Positions 12,989 through 26,795 of a stretch of 64,000 bases of DNA are shown piece by piece. The position numbers were made by a program, and so were the translations under genes. The DNA is from Octopus bimaculoides. Its lineage: Eukaryota. Each line of letters begins with the position of its first letter. Positions within the stretch are counted from its first letter, which is position 1. The notes under the pieces were generated by a model. It was not told the origin of the DNA and ran no database searches. It was given only the letters and a program-made list of their open reading frames with translations. The DNA lies in assembly GCF_001194135.2 (NCBI RefSeq), contig NC_069003.1, positions 32,327,698 through 32,391,697 on the forward strand, in the 5' to 3' direction.

Positions 12989-13764
12989 GAAGAGCTTCAT
13001 TTATGTTCAACATAAAATTGAATTTTTGTGTTTTGTCGAAAAGATTTTTGAATTTGAATCCATAATGAAGACTTTATCATTTAGTAGCAAACATTCCTGA
13101 AATAGAATATCGAAAAAATAAATGAATAAAATACACCAAAAAGAAAATATCAGATACAAAAGTTTTTTTAATTTTTTTTATTTTTCAAAACTTTTTTTGT
13201 TTATAAAATGTTAATATTCTTAGTTCATATTTTTCTTTACATTTCTTGCTGCCCTCCCCACCCCCATTTTTTATTAAAAAAAAAACTCCTACTGCTTAAA
13301 AGACAGGTAAATGTATATAAAAGAGAAATAATTTTCTAGCTACATGTGTGCCTATATCAGGAAAAATATAATTTTAAAAGCACCGAATGCATGTATTATA
13401 TGTTGAATGTACCACATATTTGCAAAGCTTAAACAGTGGAATTGTGTTTGTAATGAAATGTCTAACTGCTTAAAGAATAGAATTAGCAAACAGCCAACCT
13501 TCCAGAAATAATGAACAAATTAGAGAGCCTCTAGGTGGTTACTCAAAGTGTTAAAAATAGCAACCAAACCACCCTCATATAACAGTCCATTGTTTTAAGA
13601 AAGAAATGGATACTTTAGATTATGTAGCTTTCATCTTTCATGAGCCTTACAGAAGACAGGATTGTTCTTGCTGAAATGCTTTTAATATAAGTCTACTCAG
13701 AGACAACCGTTTCCTTGAATGTCAAGCAACTAATGAGGAGTCCTTTACACTGTCATTTGATTCT

Positions 13765-14050
13765 TAGATGAGAGCATGTGACTCACGATTGTAAGGTCAC
13801 GAGTTCAATTTCTGGTGGTTTGTTGTGTCCTTGAGAAAGAGACTTTATTTCATGTTGTTCTAGTCCACTCAGCTGGCAAAAATGAATATTATCTGTGATT
13901 CAAAGGGCCAGCCTTATCACTTCTGCGTCACACTGAATCTCCTTGAGAACTACATTAAGTGTACGTGTGTCTGTGGAGTGCTTAGCTACTTGCAGGTTAA
14001 TTTCACAAGCAGGCTATTCTGTTGATCAAATCAACTGGTACCCTTGTCAA
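13765..14050 (+). mobile_element. SINE family C (CORE-like central domain)
   Basis: tRNA-like head plus tgtgtccttgagaaagagactttatttcatgttgttctagtccactcagctggcaaaaatga. Related pieces lie at 18495-18620, 31870-31978 (young 3' end) and 44558-44612. Confidence 0.7.
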
Positions 14051-15606
14051 TGCTACCAATGGAGTGCCAAGGAAGTGATGCTTGGAATAGTTGCCAAATC
14101 CCTCTTAGATTATGATCTACCATCTTAAAACATGGAAGATCATTGGACAATGTAACTAAAATATCCAAAAGGACAATTAATCATAGTGAGAATGTCTTTG
14201 ATCATAGATATGCTTCATGAGAGTAGACCTGGGGTTAAACAACAGTTGTAGCCACAGGTTTCAAGAATAGCCTCCAGCCACAATGTTAGTACTGAAACTG
14301 CTTCTATTAAATATACATTAATTTTCCAGACAGAATTTGAGCCTTAAAAAAATTACTCCAAAATCAGGGCTCATCTTAAACACAGAGTATAATATATATC
14401 CTCAACCTGGACTTTGCCTTATGCACCTCCTAGCCACTGCATCAAGGGTGAAATATTGCCAGGTAGTCTTATACAGCAAATATATCTATGACATTGACAC
14501 CCATTTACATATCACATGATGCCAACACACACACACACATGTATATATGTATGTATCACACACACACATGTATATACATGCACATACCTGATAGGCTTTA
14601 GTCAGTTTCCACCTGCCAAATTCATTTGTCCCTGGGCTACACAAGAAGATACTTGGCCATGGTGCTTCTTAGTGAGACTGAACTTGAATCATAGGGTTGG
14701 GAAGCAAATTACTCAACCATACGGAATTAGTGAGTAAAAATACTTCAAGTGTGTTCTGGAAATTTTCCACCACTAGTCTTGTTCCTTGTCTTTTTAATGT
14801 CACTCATACTTCATGTATGTGTGTGTGTGTGTGTGTGTTCCAAAAGAGATAAGCAAGTTATTCATTTTGTTTCTGAATCAGCATCTGTGAATACACGATG
14901 CCATAACCAATGTTATATGTGAATGAAAACCTTTCACTGCAGTGCTTGACATTTATATTTCTCTATGCAAGCAGTTGAATTATTTATTTGCATTTTTTAT
15001 TACTATTATTTAATTCTTGATTAATTGTAAATTTAAAATACAAAGGCAGCATGTATTGTATTATTGATAGAAATCCTTGATGTCACCATCATCAAATTTC
15101 TTCGTTTCCATGTTGACACAGGTTATAGATGGTACGTAGTGAGGCAGCAGAGATATATGGTGTGCTTGTTCTAAAAACCAGGATGCACATGGTAACATGT
15201 GGCCATAAGAAAGTTAAAGATTTACGGTGTATGTATGTATGTATGTATGTATGTATGTATTATCCATTGATGATTCATATATAGTAATCTTTAGTATATA
15301 TTCTTATGTTAATATGTGTGATTGTGTGTGTATTACACATTGATGATATATAAAATCTTTAGTATATATTTTGATGATGCTAATTTGTGTGTGTGTGTGT
15401 GTGTATTGATGTGCTGAATGTACAACAAGTTAGCATTGAAAATTAGGGTTTGCGTTTTGGATTCATTAAACTCCTGTATCCATTTTGAAATGGTTATCCA
15501 ATAACATGATAATCAATTAAATTATTGATTATTGTTATGTACATAATGAAATATCTGAAATATCAATTTGTTTTCTCTTTGTTCTTGTAAACTTTATACA
15601 AACACA

Positions 15607-15667
<61 letters not shown>

Positions 15668-15711
15668 TGTGTGTGTGAGTAAAAAATAGAATGTATGTGC
15701 ATATACACACA

Positions 15712-15759
15712 GACGGTGTCTGAAGAAGGCTAGTTGGCTTAAACTCCATAGTCACTGTT
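15712..15759 (+). ncRNA. Degenerate type I hammerhead ribozyme (G12 replaced by U)
   Basis: gacggtgt-CTGAAGA-A-GGCT-agtt-GGCT-TAAA-CT-ccat-AG-TC-actgtt. Stems II and III can form and the GUC triplet is at 15751-15753, but the GAAA box reads TAAA. Confidence 0.5.
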
Positions 15760-16386
15760 ACCACACTTCATCTAAATGTATAATATGTACTCTATACAAT
15801 AAAGTATTGAGCACTCCTTCAGTTGAATGTAAATTTATTCTTATTGTATCTTGGTATAAATATATGCATATATTTATAAATACGTGTGTGTGTGTGTGTA
15901 CAATCCAAACAATAAGAAGACAAAGAAATCCTTTAACACATCTTTAATGGTTCATTACAATTGTACCGTCTCTACTTAGAATACCAGTTTATACCAAAAA
16001 TTTGAAATGAAAATTTACATAATGTTTGTGGTTTTAAACATTAGAACGACACCTCATAATACTTGTATTTGTGTGAATGTGTGTATGTATACAAACATAC
16101 ACAGGCAGACACACACAAATACATACATACATACATACATACATAAGGTTTACCTTTGATTTTAAATTATCTATACAAGTGTGCGCGTGCATACTCACAC
16201 ACACACATGCACACACACGTGTGTGAGTGTTGAGAAAATAAGTCTTCTGCTCATGGTTTAATGTCTTCAAGTATTTCTTCCTTTCTAATATCTCAGAAAT
16301 ATCCTAGATGCACCATTTCTTTCTCTTTTAGAATATATCTTTCTACCTACCTACCTACCTACCTGCCTGCCTGCCTGCCTACCTAC

Positions 16387-16421
<35 letters not shown>

Positions 16422-17209
16422 CCTGTCTACCTATCTATCTATCTATCTATCAATCTTCTTTCCTTTCTTTCTATTTTTCTTTCTTTTTTTTCTTTCCCTC
16501 CCACCTTCATTCTTTGTTCTTTTATCTTTCTCTTTGCTGCCACTACCCCCCCCACCTTTTGCTATCTATCTAACTGTTTAAGCTATCCCATCAGGTAATG
16601 ATACTGTTGACATACACTATATGCTATAATTGATATTATAATGCATGACATGACAAAGACATGCCTATTGATCTTAATCCTTTGCTCCCCTCCTTTTCAG
16701 AGTCCATAGACATGCTGCCATGCAATACCATTTTCTCTCTCTCACCCTCTCCCCCCCTCTCTTTGACAATATGACCAGATTTCCTTTCAGTAAAAGCAGA
16801 ATATATTTTGTGTGTGTGTGTGTGTGTGAGTATGATTTTTCAATGATAGTAGCCAAATGTCCTTTAACTTACGCTCTGCTTTCTTGTGTGTGTATGAATC
16901 AACAAGGGACACCTCTATGTGTTAGTGCAATTTGCTAGAAATACTAACCTAAATCACATTCAAATCACACCATAATGTCATGAGCCAAGGAGGGTCTCAT
17001 TGGTTCATGCATGCATACACACACACACACACGCACACACACACACACATTGATATTCTAGCTGGATACCCAGTGGTATGTTGTCAGCCAATTTGTTGAA
17101 AGGGAACCATAGTAATTCTGCATTACTTTATTCAGATGCATCTTTTAATATTCTTCCTTGCAAAGACACATCTCTCACTTTCTTAGATTTCTTAAATAGT
17201 AGAAGACAC

Positions 17210-17540
17210 TTGGAGTGAAGAAGCTTGCTTCACAACCACATGGCTTCTGGTTCAGTTCCATTGCTTGGCACTGTGGACATGTGTCCTCTGCTATAGCTCC
17301 AGACCAACCAATAACTTGTGAGTGGATTTGGTGAACAGAAACTGCATGGAAGCCCACGTCCCCCTCTCCCACCACCTGACAATTGATGTTGGTTTGCTTA
17401 TATGTCTGTAACTTAGTGATCTGGCAGAAGAATACGTACTGGACTTTACAAAATAAGTGCTGAGGTTGATTTGTTTGTGCAAAACCCTTCAAGGCAGTTA
17501 CCCATTATGGCGGTAGTCAAATGACTGAGACATGCAAAAG
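17210..17540 (+). mobile_element. SINE family A, tail type A1
   Basis: tRNA-like head (gaagcttgcttcacaaccac...ggttcagttcc), core gtgagtggatttggt...gaaactg, tail ...gtcaaatgactgagacatgcaaaaga. Confidence 0.85.
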
Positions 17541-17746
17541 ATGGAAGTTAAAATTAATACGAGTGAGGGATACTATGTTGAACAGGTTGATCTCAAGAAA
17601 GGTTAATGTTACAATGTGTTCTTCATGTTGTTGTTTAGCTCTATCAGCTCTAATCAAGTAGATCCATGATCAAAGCTTCCCAATTATGTCATGCTCATCC
17701 TTTTAGAAATGCCTAGGAGGAGTTTATCTAATTTATCTTTTCATTT

Positions 17747-17951
17747 TTAACCCTTTAACTGCAAAATTGAATTTCATGATTACTCAGGTAATGATGTTAA
17801 GTCACGTTGCCTTGATAAACTTCATATATATTTCGACATAACAGAGAATAGTTTCAAACATGACATTCTTAAACAAAAGATAGTTTATTTAGTGTAAAAC
17901 TGCTTTCAATTAAATTTTGAGTAGATTTATCTGAGTTCTGCAGTAAAGGGG
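17747..17951. mobile_element. piggyBac-type MITE, family F
   Basis: TTAA-CCCTTTAACTGCA...TGCAGTAAAGGG; the interior is homologous to 50580-50820. Confidence 0.7.
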
Positions 17952-19772
17952 TACTTTAAAAAAAAAAAAATGTTTTTCTATGACAGTAGTTCCTATGTCA
18001 CCATTTTACAGTGGGGACTTAATACCTTTTATCTTGCTAATTTTCATATAACAAATACACACACAAATTTCCAAGAGAAATTCTTATCTCAGAAATTCGT
18101 ATAATGTGTGTGTATATTCGTGTACATTAGAATATTTAATTATATATTTTACCTAAAAGCAACCATTACTCATCTTGGTGAGAATGTAACTAATAATTTT
18201 GATATCTTTTACATCATTTTATACACCATTAGGAAGTAATTTATTTTGTAGTTTTCCAATTGTTTTATAGTTAAATCTCATTACAGTAGATATAACTTAA
18301 TATATATCATATAAATATTGAAAATACATATTTAGATATATATTTTTACTCATTATAGAAATTATTGAAGGATATATATATATATATATATTATTTTGTT
18401 TAAAAGAGTTCCAACACTGTCTGTTTTTTATGTCTTATTTATATTTTATTTTTATTCTTATTTATATTCCTTATTTATATATATATTATATATATATATG
18501 GTCCACTAATGATCACAAGATCATGGTTTGGATTCCCAGACTGGCTCTACTTTGTGTTCTTGAGCAAAACACTTCATTTCATGTTGCTCTAGTCTGTACA
18601 GCTGTAACTGAGTAACCCTGAGACAGACTGATGTCTCCTTCCTGAGGCTATAGTAGAAGACACTTGTCCAAGGTGCCACACAGTGGGCTTGAACCCAGAA
18701 CAACATGGTTAGGAAGCAAGCTTCTTACCACACAGCCACTCCTCTGTGTGTGTGTGTATTTATAGAACTAATTTCTGGAGCATTCTAGTAGACTTTTTCT
18801 TTGAGGTGTATTCCTGGTGTGCATGTCTATGTAGGAACACACACACACCAGTATGTGTCTTAGTCTGCAGCATTTGCCAAGTTTTATTCATTTGGCTTTG
18901 GACAAGTCCATCATAAAAGACACTAATGTGTTTAATGTGCCACACTGTGGGATTGATCTCAGAAGTATGTGGTTGTGATGTGAACTTGTTAACCATATAG
19001 CCATTGACATTTCATCAATCAACCTAGCAAGCAAGATCACACACACACACCTCTTAACCAAACTTCTTGCTAAAGTCATATGTGATGGTGGTAAGTATAA
19101 AAAACAAGAACAGCAAGATAATAATGTATTTGCATTTTTTTTCAAATTTTAGTTTTTAACTATTGACATCAAACTGGTACACACGGTTTAAACTAACTGA
19201 AATAAATTCTGTAGCGATATTTCTGATTTCTGTTGGTGAATGGAAAAAAACAAATGTTTCTCTCCTCAGATAAGTTTCTAACAAATCAGAGAAGAGAAGC
19301 CATTTATTTCTTCATGGAATCGATATGTAATGCAAAGTTAGGTTCTCTCCTATTATTACAGAAGAACAAAGCATTTTTGTTTTTAATTTTCTCTTTGGAG
19401 AACTAGAAGCCAGGTTCTATGCACAAACATTATACTGAACTATTGTTCAAAAAGAAAACAAAAGTATTTCTCAGTCAAATGAATGAGGCGTCTTGTATTT
19501 ATTTTTCCCTCCTGCTTCTTTATATATTTTCATATTAGATTTTATTTTTATCGTATGTAACTTCTCCCTTAAATAACAGATTTAAAAAATATATATTTTG
19601 CTTCTTTGCTTCGATTCTCAAAACCTTATATTCGTTTCTTCAATAGTCTTGATTTTTTTTTTTTCCTGTTTTTCTTTCTCAAAATATTTAGAATTGAACA
19701 AAAAAAAATACAAACAAAGACTTTTACTACAATTATTTATACACAAATTCAACATTGCTTTGTATTTATGCT

Positions 19773-20141
19773 ATCGTGCTGGAAGTTCGAGTGCCCCAGG
19801 AAGAATGTATCGATGCAATGAGAGAAAATAGGTGAAGTACTTGGAAGTAAAAGAGAAGTGTCAGAAAAGAGACTGGGAGATATAAAAAGGGGTCAGAGAA
19901 GTGGGTTGCTGAGATTTTGCCAGGTTTTTCACTCTGCAAAGTCCTCAACTGATTGAGCATAACAAGCATGCTAAAGAAGTCAGCCAGCCAGTCTGTGAGC
20001 AAAGCTGTAGAGAAATCCACCGGATGGCTTTGGATTAAGAAGGTTGATTTGTGGGCCATTGTTGCTGACATTCAAGTCAGAACCTGATCAACCTTCTCTG
20101 GGTTACCTGGGTGAAGGTGTCTCTTGGTAAAAGATCTGAAA
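19773..20141 (+). mobile_element. HERO-like (restriction-like endonuclease) non-LTR retrotransposon, 3' end
   Basis: IVLEVRVPQEE...KYLEVKEKCQKRDW...EVGC*DF...SKAVEKSTGWLWIKK matches the ELTVPWE...KY..L...GW...EVGCRGF...WLWIKR pattern. It is followed by tgatcaacc...ctgggttacctgggtgaaggtgt, which resembles recalled HERO 3' UTRs. Confidence 0.75.
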
Positions 20142-20142
20142 T

Positions 20143-20372
20143 ACTTTTTTTGTTACCATATTTGTAGTAAGACATACTGTGATTGTTTCAGTTTAACTTT
20201 GAAAATAATGAAGAATTTATTCAAATAACTTTGCTAGTATCAAGCTGGTGTTTGGAATGTATATGAACATGAAATTTTGATGGAACATTTTAATTCAGAT
20301 CAGTTTAAAACAAGTAATTTTTATCATGGAACAAAGAGCTATTTTAGGCAGGTTCATGTCAAAAGGGTTGTA
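20143..20372 (-). mobile_element. piggyBac-type MITE, family G
   Basis: tttttgttaccatatttg...aaattttgatggaacattttaattcagatc...gtcaaaagggttg; reverse complement of 6214-6450. Confidence 0.65.
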
Positions 20373-20379
20373 TATTTAT

Positions 20380-20702
20380 CTTTTACTTGTAGCCATGCTG
20401 GGGCACCACCTTGAAGGGTTTAGTCAAACAAGTCAACCTCAGTACTTAGTTTTTTCAAAACCTGGTACTCATTCTATTGGTTTCTTTTGTTGAACTGCTA
20501 AGTTATGGGGATGCAAGCAAACCAATTCTCATTGTCAGGCAGTGGTGGAGGATAAAGGCACACACACACACATACACACACACACACACACATGACTTTG
20601 GTCAGCTCAGGGTTGTAGTAGAAGACACTTGCTCAAAGTGTTATACAGTGGGATTGAACCCAGAACCATGTGGTTGAGAAGCAGACTTCCCACCACACAG
20701 CC
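20380..20702 (-). mobile_element. SINE family A (A1)
   Basis: Reverse homolog of 17210-17540 with an internal (CA)n. Confidence 0.85.
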
Positions 20703-21164
20703 AATATGCTCCTGTAGTTGATAGCTTTGATTATAGAATGTTGAGTTCATTAGCTTTCGCATCCTAAGTGTGGATTCAAATACAACGGAAAATGGAATGC
20801 TCTCTTCTCTGCATCCTTTCTGTCTTCACTCACACTTATATACACCAAATTTTTGAATCAAGTAGGAAGAGTCTCTACATGGTTACAAGACCTTGTAGAA
20901 ATTACAGTCAGATCTCTCCCCAGTCCACCAACATTCCACTGTTTTAAAATAGGAAGAATGTATTTGATAATGTGTCTTAGATGTACAGTTATTGAAATAA
21001 AGAGTGGATAGACATAGCAGGAATGACTTGGATCATAGATTTGCTTGTTCAGGCTGACTTGAGGCTTAAACAATAACAATATAGATAGATTGGATACTGT
21101 CTGGTAATTCTTATAATGGCCCTACTTACATTATTTTATCTTTAATCTTCTTCTTGTTTCAGTC

Positions 21165-21528
21165 ATTAAATTGTGGCCATGCTGGAGTTCTGCCTTGAAA
21201 CATTTTTAGTTGAATGAATCGACCCGATTACTTTTTTTCTTTTCTTTTAAATCTGGTGCTTATTCTATCATTCTCCTTTGCTGAACTGCTAAGTTACTTT
21301 GATGTAAACACAACTCTAGTTCTCAAGTGGTGGTGGGTGACATCTCAATACACACACACACACACATACTTCTTTCAGTTTCTGTCTACCAAATCCACTC
21401 TCACAAGGATTTGGTCAGCCTGAGACTATAGTAGAAGTCACTTACCCAAAATGCCATGTAGTAGGACTGAACCCAGAACTATGTGGTTGGGAAGTAAACT
21501 TTTTATGCACAGCAACACCTGTGCCTAA
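21165..21528 (-). mobile_element. SINE family A (A1)
   Basis: Reverse homolog of 17210-17540. Confidence 0.85.
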
Positions 21529-22914
21529 ATGTTGGACTGGCCATGTAGTTGTAGTTATGCAAAAAGACAGGATCAGTCATGGACCCAGTGACCCTTGATC
21601 ATAAGTTTGCTTAAATAGTGCCAATATGCTAATTCTTATAAAGCCCTATCTACTGTATCTACACAAGTAAATATTGGGAAAGGTTTTAGCTATACAAAAA
21701 GTCAGGATGATCCTGACTGGATTCATAGGTCTACTCTATCATTGTTCGTATTAAAAACCTTTTTTGTTATTTTTTATCACTTAATCAGAGGGAAGAGCAG
21801 CCCCATGTTTGTTTTACAATACCTCTGAGACAGGATGGCAGAAGAGAATAAGTTGTCCTTAGGTCAGAGAAATGGTCTGAATGCTTATAACAGAGTGAAC
21901 TCCACCAAAGTACTAGTTAATGGCACAGTTAAACCAGGTCAATGATTGCCATATTTTCTAGCATACAAGTTGACATAACGTGTAAACATTCAACTATCGT
22001 CACTATTTTACCAATTCTTGTTGTGTTTCACATGGAATTTTTGGTTCTCCAAAGTCATTTTGGTGTATAAGACAACCCACCCTTGTTTTGGCTGTAAATT
22101 TTGGTCTGAAAAATTCAATTTGTATGTTGTAAAATATGGTATGTACATATATAAGACTGAAGGATGCAATCTGAAAGAGATTTAGCTGATATTTCTCTCA
22201 GCTCTATCAACCCTGTAGGGGTTTCGTTTGTTAGGTCATGCACATAATATTTTACAACATACAAATCAACATAATATGTATTGTAAACATTTAGCATAAC
22301 TATTCAAACATCATCACTATCTTTCCAAATTCTGCTGCATTTCACATGAAATTTTTGCTCCGCCAAAGTCATCTTGCTGTATAAGTTGACCTAACTTTTC
22401 TTGGCTGTAAATTTTAGTCTGAAAAATTCAACTTGCATTCCAGAAAATTTGTTAAATCTACCTCCCAAGAACAAAAGCAATCTCAAATTTCCTGCAAAAG
22501 GGTTTTGGTTGACCCTGGCCCTTTTGTATGAAAAGGGCTATGGTAGAAGAAGATACTAGTTCAAAGTGCTGTGCAAAGGAATTGAACTTCAAAAGCCACA
22601 CGACTGAGAAGTGAATTTTTTAACCACTCGACCATACCTGCACCCTGTTCAATGCTCTTATCTACATAAGTAAATATGGTTGACTGACCAATAGCCTATT
22701 ATTAATATATATGTGTATATATGTATGTGGACCACACTATCATTATTGGTGATAGTGGCGCTTTTGACTTCCCAACTGAAAAGAAGTCTGCTATGTTATC
22801 AATAAAAGTCTTCTTAACTCTCAGTTGAAGAGTATCTCTGAGACCCAATTATAGAGAAGAACATAGTTTCTTTTTGCTAATTATAGCTATTTCATGAAAT
22901 AACTACCCTCGCTT

Positions 22915-23257
22915 ACCATCAACACTACTGCCACCACCACCACCACCATGATCACAACTACTGACACCCTGTGACAACTACTACCACCACCACCACAAGA
23001 ACAACAACAACTATCACCACCACCATGATTATCATCAATGCCATGACTACCACTACAACCATAGCTGCCACCACCACTACAACTGCTACCATCACCGCAA
23101 CTACCAACACTGCCACCACCAACACCATCTGATCAACAATGTTGTTGCCAGCACTCATGTTGTATTACAAGTCTCTCTCTCCCTCTCTCTCTCCCTCTCT
23201 CTCTCCCTCTCTCTCTCTCTCCCTCTCTCTCTCTCTCTCCCTCTCTCTCTCCCTCTC

Positions 23258-23292
<35 letters not shown>

Positions 23293-23683
23293 TATATTAC
23301 AATTTTTCTGTTCACTTTTATGCTAAGTTAGCTGGTATTTTAAAGCGATAAACAATTTTTCTTCTACCATTTTTCCAAAATGTTTTTTTAATTTCATTAT
23401 TTTTTTTAATCAGACACCACTACCACCACCACCACCGCTACTACTACTACTACAGCTACCTCAACCACCAGCATCTCTACCATTGCTACTACCACCAACA
23501 CCACTACAACCTCTATCACCACCATCTCTACTACTACTACTACCACCTCCATCACCTCTACCTCTACCACCACCTGTACTACTACTACTACTACCACCAC
23601 TGCCACACAACCTTCACCTTTACTATCACCACAACCACCATCACCACCACCATCACCATCACCACCACCATCACCACCACCAT

Positions 23684-23734
<51 letters not shown>

Positions 23735-23810
23735 TGCCACACAACCTTCACCTTTACTATCACCACAACCACCACTACCACCATCACCACCACCACTACT
23801 ACTACTGTTG
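22915..23810. repeat. Complex (ACC/ACT)n trinucleotide field with an embedded (CT)n and a 47-bp internal duplication
   Basis: ccaccactgccacacaaccttcacctttactatcaccacaaccacca occurs at 23594 and 23728; (CT)n with 14-bp periodicity at 23172-23292. Confidence 0.95.
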
Positions 23811-25381
23811 CTTCAATTCTTCTTACAGCAAAAGAAACATTGCATGCACATTGGCTTCTTGTACTGCCCTTGTTCTTTTTTTTTACTGTAGTGGTGGTGG
23901 TCGTTATTGTTGTTGTTATTGTCGTTTGTTTTTCTTGTTCTGTTTTTTTTTTTTTTTTTTTTTTNNNNNNNNNNNNNNNNNNNNNNNNNNNNNNNNNNNN
24001 NNNNNNNNNNNNNNNNNNNNNNNNNNNNNNNNNNNNNNNNNNNNNNNNNNNNNNNNNNNNNNNNNNNNNNNNNNNNNNNNNNNNNNNNNNNNNNNNNNNN
24101 NNNNNNNNNNNNNNNNNNNNNNNNNNNNNNNNNNNNNNNNNNNNNNNNNNNNNNNNNNNNNNNNNNNNNNNNNNNNNNNNNNNNNNNNNNNNNNNNNNNN
24201 NNNNNNNNNNNNNNNNNNNNNNNNNNNNNNNNNNNNNNNNNNNNNNNNNNNNNNNNNNNNNNNNNNNNNNNNNNNNNNNNNNNNNNNNNNNNNNNNNNNN
24301 NNNNNNNNNNNNNNNNNNNNNNNNNNNNNNNNNNNNNNNNNNNNNNNNNNNNNNNNNNNNNNNNNNNNNNNNNNNNNNNNNNNNNNNNNNNNNNNNNNNN
24401 NNNNNNNNNNNNNNNNNNNNNNNNNNNNNNNNNNNNNNNNNNNNNNNNNNNNNNNNNNNNNNNNNNNNNNNNNNNNNNNNNNNNNNNNNNNNNNNNNNNN
24501 NNNNNNNNNNNNNNNNNNNNNNNNNNNNNNNNNNNNNNNNNNNNNNNNNNNNNNNNNNNNNNNNNNNNNNNNNNNNNNNNNNNNNNNNNNNNNNNNNNNN
24601 NNNNNNNNNNNNNNNNNNNNNNNNNNNNNTATATATATATATATGCATACATGAGTATATATATGTGTGTGTGTGTGAAGATAATGATAATAATAATAGT
24701 AATAATGATGATGATAATTTATTTTTAGGAATTTATAAGCGGACAGTCCATTATCATTTGATATTTCAATCTTTGTATAAATATTCCTTATTTAAGAAAA
24801 CAAAACAAAAAACTAAAATTTTTTTTGTTATGTTTTTTTTCGTCCTTTTTATTTATTTAAATATCGTTTAATGTATTACTATATGATGTTGATATAATCT
24901 CTTTGTCGTGGTAACCTCTCACTCTACAATCCATTATCTCTTATAATATAGCGAATGATTGCCGAGTGATTTAACTGTAAGAACAGCTGCACATTCTATA
25001 ACTGTCAATAACTGAACTTATAACCTACCAAAAGCATACTAATAAGGGGAACTGTTGTTGATGTGTTATGGAAAAACATGGCTAGATCTATCAGGTCCAT
25101 CATAATTTTGTGTATACATACACAAAATTATATATATATGACTGGTGTGTTTATATATGTGAGGCATGCACACACATGTATATTATATGTATACATGGAT
25201 ATATATTTATATGTGCAGTGTATATGTGTTTGTGTTGAAATATTCCCTTCCTTCTTTGAGATATATATACATGTGTATGTATATGTATGGATGTATATAT
25301 TTGTATGTATGTACATGTATATATGTATCTAAGAATATGTGTGTATGTATATATGTATGTGTGTATGTGTGTGCATATATA

Positions 25382-25424
<43 letters not shown>

Positions 25425-25581
25425 CATGTGTATCAATACTTCCATTTCATATATTTTTCTTTTTTATTTATGTACATGTGTGCATACATGTATGTATATA
25501 TATATACTACTGTAGTATCAAATGATTGAATGTCTGAGGAGAAAGTCTGTTTTAGCCTTCTCTCTCCCCACCTACCCACAT

Positions 25582-25697
<116 letters not shown>

Positions 25698-26795
25698 AGT
25701 CATGTGAAAAATAACCACCCCTATCCATACTCTCTTTTTATCATTCAAAAAATGCCTTTCTCTATTATTTCTTAAGCCTCTACGTAATTTACTTCTGCAG
25801 TTTTGTAGTGAAACATATCTTCAGAAACTGTGTAATTCAGTACAGCCCTAAAATGGAAAAAATATTGCCAGTTCTTGAAGCTCATTGTTGTTCTTTGATG
25901 CGAAACCTTATTCCAATTCTAATCATTCATTTTGTTTTTTGTTGTTGTTGTTTTTGTTGTTTTAGCCCCAGGTCAATTCAGTTTCAACAAACCTATGATC
26001 AGAAGACATTCTAGACTTGATTGATCTCCTGTTTCTTTTTATTGTTTTTTTTTGTTGTTGTTGTTAATGAGTATGTATTGTACTGCATTAACCAATGTAT
26101 CCATTCTCTTCCTTTGAAGATAGTTAGTTGCTATTTCTAGCAGGCCAAGCAACTATGTAAAAGCTTCTTCCTAGACTTGGCTTCTCATTCTCTCTTATTG
26201 TTTTCACATTGGTCAAACAAAAAAGTCTTTCCTGATATGACTCTCATGTCTTTGAAGGTTTATGTTAAGGATTACATTATTTAATATGTATTTTCTTTTT
26301 TAAGACAATAGAGTGTACAGTTTGAGGTAGATTGGGCTGTTGTTTCTAGTTGTTCGAGTGGTCATGTAAAGACATCTTAGTGTTTTGTCTTGTATCAGTA
26401 CTGATCAGGCAAGCATGTAATCAAAGGCTCCAGTTATGCCCATCCCGTCATTTTTTACTTTTCCACCAAGACTATTTTGGAGGACCAAAAATTCTATGTG
26501 AAATGCAACAGGATTTAGAAAGGGTTTTTTTCAATGTTTCCATTACATATTCACAGTATACACTAAGTTGATTTGTATGCTGCAATATATGGTAAGCTGC
26601 TTGCATGGAAAAAATGAACAAACAAAGCCATTCTGACTTCATAACATTTATTTATCAGCATACATTCCTGATTATATTTTCTGGTCCAATAGCATTGAAT
26701 CTATGATATGCCACCCAAGTTTTCATGTGACATGCAATGAACTTCAAAGAAAATCTCCCTACAATGTCATGTTATATAGAGCTCATTAAGCTAAT

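Noticed and set aside
15855-15878. 24-bp perfect palindrome TATAAATATATGCATATATTTATA
   Set aside because: Low-complexity and TA-derived; expected in this background.
23483-24871. Long 462-aa ORF and other poly-X or homopolymer-rich ORFs (e.g. 176-436, 12509-13015, 22958-23744, 25063-25775, 34174-34747, 62053-62358)
   Set aside because: They are products of microsatellites and N gaps, with no codon complexity or splice support.
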